DNA from: Thermoplasmatota archaeon | Lineage (GTDB): Archaea > Thermoplasmatota > Penumbrarchaeia > Penumbrarchaeales > Penumbrarchaeaceae | DNA length: 64,000 bases | Assembly (NCBI GenBank): GCA_965234725.1 | Contig: CBDDUX010000002.1 | Span: 1 to 64,000 of the forward strand | Direction of reading: 5' to 3' | Shown here: piece by piece, positions 60,224 through 64,000 of the stretch | Numbering within the stretch: position 1 is the stretch's first letter | Layout: each line of letters opens with the position of its first letter | Position numbers and translations under genes: made by a program | The notes under the pieces: model-generated | What the model was told of the DNA's origin: nothing | Database searches by the model: none | Seen by the model: only the letters and a program-made list of their open reading frames with translations

Positions 60224-61261
60224 CCTTCTACATCTATTTGCCTCATTGTGTGATGCTTTGATGGGATCCGGAAGACGGCCTTTCTTCATTCCTATCAGGA
60301 CCTTTGTTACCTCTTTCAGGTCTGTCCTGTTGCCTCTTGAAATGAAGATCGGTCTTCCTCCTCCATGCCTGGAAGCATAACCAATGACCTCTCCTTTGTC
60401 CTGGACCTCTGCTATCTCTTCTTTGTGGTTGACATTAATCCAAATACCCATCTTTCCAGTGATCAGTTTCTTTGCTACACCACAGGTCATCAAACCTGTA
60501 ACGGCTCCGATCTGACAGGCTATCCCCATCCTTTCAGGATGAAGATATCCATTCCCATCCATGACCACCAGCGTCCTTTCATCGATCAAACCATTTTTCC
60601 ACGCCTTATTTAAAGTAGGGAGAATGACAGGTGCTTCCCTGAAGAAAAGGAATCCGCTGACATATGGTATCCCCGTCATACCCCTATGGCATATCTTTCC
60701 ATTCTCTTTCCCCTGGAGGTCCCTTGCACAAACTGCACAAACATGATCATTTCCCTTAGATGAGATATCTATTCCAGCGACCTGGTTAAAGGGGCTATTG
60801 GTATCCGATAAAAAAGAGGCTGACTTCTTCTGAAGATCTCTAAGGGAGTTGAAGGGAGGTTCCTCCAAGACTATCTCCTCGATCATGTACCTTTCCGGAA
60901 CGTAGAGATCCTTACCTCTGAGTTCGAGGTCAATTTCCGAAGATAGTTCGATGATGGAAGAGACCGGCACTCTTCCATCTGAATATACCATTCTATGTGA
61001 AAGATTATCAGGATCAGATGACCAGCTTCCAACAGATCTTGAGGCTTTTATGGTTCCTAAAGCTGATGCCACCGATCCAAAGTTAACAGCATTGCCTTCT
61101 GGCACATGTGACATTATATATGATACCCAACTGTTGAAATCCAGTAATGGGAATATCTCTCTTACAAGGTGCTCCTGTAAATCGTTTTGAGATCCAGGTA
61201 CCTCCAAGACCGATCTGAAAAGACGTTCGATCCCATCATTGGGTTCTATGAATAGTCTCAA
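60158..61261 (-). CDS. nfi: Endonuclease V fused to an N-terminal alkyltransferase (MGMT/ATL)-like domain
   Basis: AGIDIS, PYVSGFLFFRE, MDGNGYLHP..GIAC, GVAK; N-terminal VPEG..NFGSVASALG..ASRSVG..LSHRMV. Confidence 0.85.
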   Translation of the reverse strand: MRLFIEPNDGIERLFRSVLEVPGSQNDLQEHLVREIFPLLDFNSWVSYIMSHVPEGNAVNFGSVASALGTIKASRSVGSWSSDPDNLSHRMVYSDGRVPVSSIIELSSEIDLELRGKDLYVPERYMIEEIVLEEPPFNSLRDLQKKSASFLSDTNSPFNQVAGIDISSKGNDHVCAVCARDLQGKENGKICHRGMTGIPYVSGFLFFREAPVILPTLNKAWKNGLIDERTLVVMDGNGYLHPERMGIACQIGAVTGLMTCGVAKKLITGKMGIWINVNHKEEIAEVQDKGEVIGYASRHGGGRPIFISRGNRTDLKEVTKVLIGMKKGRLPDPIKASHNEANRCRRSESPPCNLQVLPLPLHEGIDR

Positions 61262-61405
61262 TGGTCCATAAATGGATCCCCTGGAATATATAGACCGATG
61301 GTATCACATTTTAATCAAGGGTCGCCCGTCTCCCGACAAAGTTTAATATAGCAACCCGTTATCGAAGGTGAACCCCGATCTCGGGGACTATTTCGAGGTG
61401 TGAAA

Positions 61406-61576
61406 ATGGCTGTTAAGATAGACAAGGATACTTGCATCGGATGCGGAGCTTGCGTCGGGACCTGTCCGGTCCAGGCACTTTCGATGGTAGACGGTAAAGC
61501 GGATGTGGACGAGGGAACCTGCGTAGATTGCGGAGCCTGCGTCGGTGTCTGCCCTGTCCAGGCCCTATCGCTTTAA
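61406..61576 (+). CDS. 2[4Fe-4S] ferredoxin (56 aa, below the ORF-track cutoff)
   Basis: MAVKIDKDTCIGCGACVGTCPVQAL...CVDCGACVGVCPVQALSL; SD gaggtg. Confidence 0.96.
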   Translation: MAVKIDKDTCIGCGACVGTCPVQALSMVDGKADVDEGTCVDCGACVGVCPVQALSL

Positions 61577-61591
61577 GATCCCAATATGGTT

Positions 61592-61633
61592 GCCAGGGTG
61601 GTTCATACCTCCCTGGCTTTCATATCTTTCTTC
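61592..61633 (+). terminator. Hairpin plus pyrimidine tract after the ferredoxin gene
   Basis: gccaggg...ccctggc followed by tttcatatctttcttc. Confidence 0.55.
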
Positions 61634-61660
61634 TTCCCCGGTTCCCGGATGTATATCTTC

Positions 61661-63091
61661 TCATATTTTCATCTTATAGAATGACATATAGGCTTTGTAT
61701 GTGGCCCATACATCGGCCTTTGAGGAAATTTCCATGGGTGAATGCATGGATATCAAAGCGGGTCCTGCATCCACAACATCCATATTATGTTCAGCAAGGA
61801 ATTTAGCTATCGTTCCCCCACCTCCTTCGTCAACCTTCCCGAGTTCTCCCGTCTGCCAGGGGACATTTGCTGTGTTCAAGGTTTTTCTTATCATGCCCAT
61901 GAACTCTGCACTCGCATCATTGGATGAATATTTCCCCCCGGATCCCGTATATTTGGTCACACATATTCCGAGTCCTATCCTTGCGGCGTTTTGAAGCTCA
62001 TGTACCTGTTTGAAGGAAGGGTTGACCGCACCATTCACATCTGAAGAGATCGCTTTGGTATTGGAGAGGGCCTGCCTCAGTTTCCTGTCAGGATAATCAG
62101 GTTCAGAATATTCTAGGATGGATGAGTAGACCTCCTCCAGGAACCTTGACTTGATGGAGGTCGGGCCATCAGAACCTATCTCTTCCTTATCGATCACAAG
62201 GGCCATTGCGGTCCTCTGAGGGTTCTTGATGTCCATCAATGCCTTTATTGAGGTGTAAGCACAGATCCTGTCATCCTGTCCGTAAGCCCCTATCATCGAC
62301 CTGTCAAAACCAACTTCCCTTGCCGGGCCGGCGGGAACCACCTCAAACTCGGCTGATACGAAATCCTCCTCCACCATTCCATATTCCTTGTTTAGATGGT
62401 CGAGGACCCAAAGCTTGACCTTCTTCTTGGATTTCTTATCCGAGAATGGCAAAGATGCAAGGAGAACATTCAACTCCTCCCCTGTGATCCCTTCCATGAG
62501 CTTCCTCTCCCCCTGTTTCTTTCTGTATAAATGGGGAAGGAGGTCACATATGGTAAAGATCGGATCATCCAGGGATTCACCAATGTGTATGTCTACTTCC
62601 TTTCCGGAATCCAGGATCACCTTTCCGTGAATGGCAAGAGGGATGTTCACCCAATGGTATTTCTTGATCCCACCGTAATAATGGGTTTTCAGGAGGGCCA
62701 ATTTCGTATCCATGTCCTCGTAAAGAGGATTTTGTTTAAGATCGAGTCTGGGTGCGTCCGAATGAGAGGAAACGAGGTTTGCACCCTTGGTTATGCTGTC
62801 CTTTCCAATGATGAATGCCGCCACGTTCTTGTTACGATTGACCATGAAAGCCTTCGATCCAGGGACCAATTCCTTATATTCCTTGATATTTTTGAATCCT
62901 GCACTTACCAACATCTCCACAAGAATATCTGTTGATAATCTCTCGGTCTTTGCCCTGGAAATGAAATCCATGTAATCCTTCGAGAGCTTCTCTATCTCCA
63001 GAAGTTGTTTATCCGTCGCTGTCTCCCATATCATCTTCCTCTCCATGGACAACTCGGACTCTCTGGACGATACTTCATTTTTCCCTGTCAT
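61661..63091 (-). CDS. M18-family aminopeptidase
   Basis: SHSDAPRLDLK, THYYGGIKKY, YGQDDR, DKEEIGS, SMHSP. Confidence 0.93.
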   Translation of the reverse strand: MTGKNEVSSRESELSMERKMIWETATDKQLLEIEKLSKDYMDFISRAKTERLSTDILVEMLVSAGFKNIKEYKELVPGSKAFMVNRNKNVAAFIIGKDSITKGANLVSSHSDAPRLDLKQNPLYEDMDTKLALLKTHYYGGIKKYHWVNIPLAIHGKVILDSGKEVDIHIGESLDDPIFTICDLLPHLYRKKQGERKLMEGITGEELNVLLASLPFSDKKSKKKVKLWVLDHLNKEYGMVEEDFVSAEFEVVPAGPAREVGFDRSMIGAYGQDDRICAYTSIKALMDIKNPQRTAMALVIDKEEIGSDGPTSIKSRFLEEVYSSILEYSEPDYPDRKLRQALSNTKAISSDVNGAVNPSFKQVHELQNAARIGLGICVTKYTGSGGKYSSNDASAEFMGMIRKTLNTANVPWQTGELGKVDEGGGGTIAKFLAEHNMDVVDAGPALISMHSPMEISSKADVWATYKAYMSFYKMKI

Positions 63092-63184
63092 CAACACAGC
63101 TCCAGTTCTGTGAGGGAGATGGATTGGTATTGCTTATGGTTTTTCCCCCGAAGGGTCTAAAAACGATCAATGAGGTCCACCCCC

Positions 63185-63760
63185 ATGGCCGTAAATGAGG
63201 TGGAGGTGAAGATCTGGTTATCAACCAGCCTTCTCCCGGCAGAACAGGAAGAGGCTGCCCATGATATGATCCAGATCCTTTTGGACTCCGGCTGGGATGA
63301 AGATTCAACTGTAATCATGAGCGATACATACCTCTCTCACCCAAGCAGGGATTTCTCCGAGACCGATGAGGCATTGAGGATCAGGACTGTCAAGGACCTT
63401 GAAGATGGTCGAGTTCAGGTATATTTGACCTACAAAGGTCCAAAACTATCCAAAAGGTCCAAAGCAAGATATGAAATGGAGCTTAAGATCCCTGGGGGAG
63501 ATGGGATGAGGGAGATCCTGGAAAGACTGGGATTTCGCAAGGTATTGAAAGTGATCAAGGAGAGGAGAACATTCACCATGGATGATATGGAAGCTTGTAT
63601 CGATCTTGTACCCGACCTTGGCTGCTTCCTTGAGGTGGAGGTCATGGATGATGACATCAAGAGAGGAGAGGCCCGGGTCCTGAAGTTCCTTGAAGATTGG
63701 GAGCTTGAAAAAACAGAAAGAAGATCATATCTTGAGCTCTTGATGGAGAAATTGGTTTAA
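63185..63760 (+). CDS. cyaB: CYTH-domain protein (class IV adenylate cyclase-like)
   Basis: EVEVK, DTY..HP.RDF..TDEALRIR, TYKGPK, FLEVE, RRSYLELL. Confidence 0.9.
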   Translation: MAVNEVEVKIWLSTSLLPAEQEEAAHDMIQILLDSGWDEDSTVIMSDTYLSHPSRDFSETDEALRIRTVKDLEDGRVQVYLTYKGPKLSKRSKARYEMELKIPGGDGMREILERLGFRKVLKVIKERRTFTMDDMEACIDLVPDLGCFLEVEVMDDDIKRGEARVLKFLEDWELEKTERRSYLELLMEKLV

Positions 63761-63794
63761 ATGTGAGGCGATATGCAGACCGACGGGTGATCCC

Positions 63795-64000
63795 TTGGCA
63801 GATGAAATGGATAGGATCAAGGATGAACTGAGTCTAAATGAAAAAAGACTTCTTCTCGCGCTGAAAGATGAGAGATCATTGAGGCCTGATAAAGCGGTCA
63901 GGAAGGGTGGTTTTGCCAAGGAGGTCGAGGTAATGAGCGCAGCCTCATGGCTCAGAACAAAAGGTCTTCTGATCATCCATGAAGAGTTCCTCCATAAGGT
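63795..64000 (+). CDS. pheS: Phenylalanyl-tRNA synthetase alpha subunit, N-terminus (truncated by the window end)
   Basis: LSLNEKRLLLAL...EVEVMSAASWLRTKGLL matches the archaeal PheRS-alpha N-terminal winged helices; TTG start after gggtga. Confidence 0.65.
   Translation, partial: MADEMDRIKDELSLNEKRLLLALKDERSLRPDKAVRKGGFAKEVEVMSAASWLRTKGLLIIHEEFLHK

Overview
Archaeal chromosomal window, most likely Thermoplasmatota. This is inferred from the short archaeal-type TpiA, a Dim2/Pno1 KH protein, long archaeal FKBP/SlyD, an archaeal PheS N-terminus, a tRNA without encoded CCA and TATA-type promoters. Bases 1-3516 look like the decayed end of an element integrated at tRNA-Ile(GAT). That region holds a frameshifted tyrosine-integrase remnant, a complete IS5-family element with an 8-bp target duplication, and a stand-alone winged-helix gene. 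Next to that gene, two oppositely oriented arrays of GGGACA-like boxes with exact 11-bp spacing bracket an AT-rich 34/36-bp tandem repeat and a CG-alternating palindrome. The rest is gene-dense housekeeping DNA (serS, nadA, purF, tpiA-fba-fbp, rnhA, ileS, maf-guaA-purE, nfi, cyaB, pheS start) with large membrane-anchored surface proteins and a second IS with a 9-bp target duplication. The best novel-system candidate is a bacterial-type Soj/ParA coupled to a partner that keeps the Spo0J-like N-terminal LGKG peptide but has no ParB CTPase or HTH domain, only duplicated helical modules, acidic repeats and a TPR. Other highlights are an AbrB/HgcC-like-arsM operon, a His-rich PadR module with five operator copies, an rnhA with no canonical start codon, a CBS-HPF hibernation-factor-like protein, a Cys-less AGT-EndoV fusion and a candidate structured RNA. 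All family assignments come from motif recognition by eye; no database searches were run.
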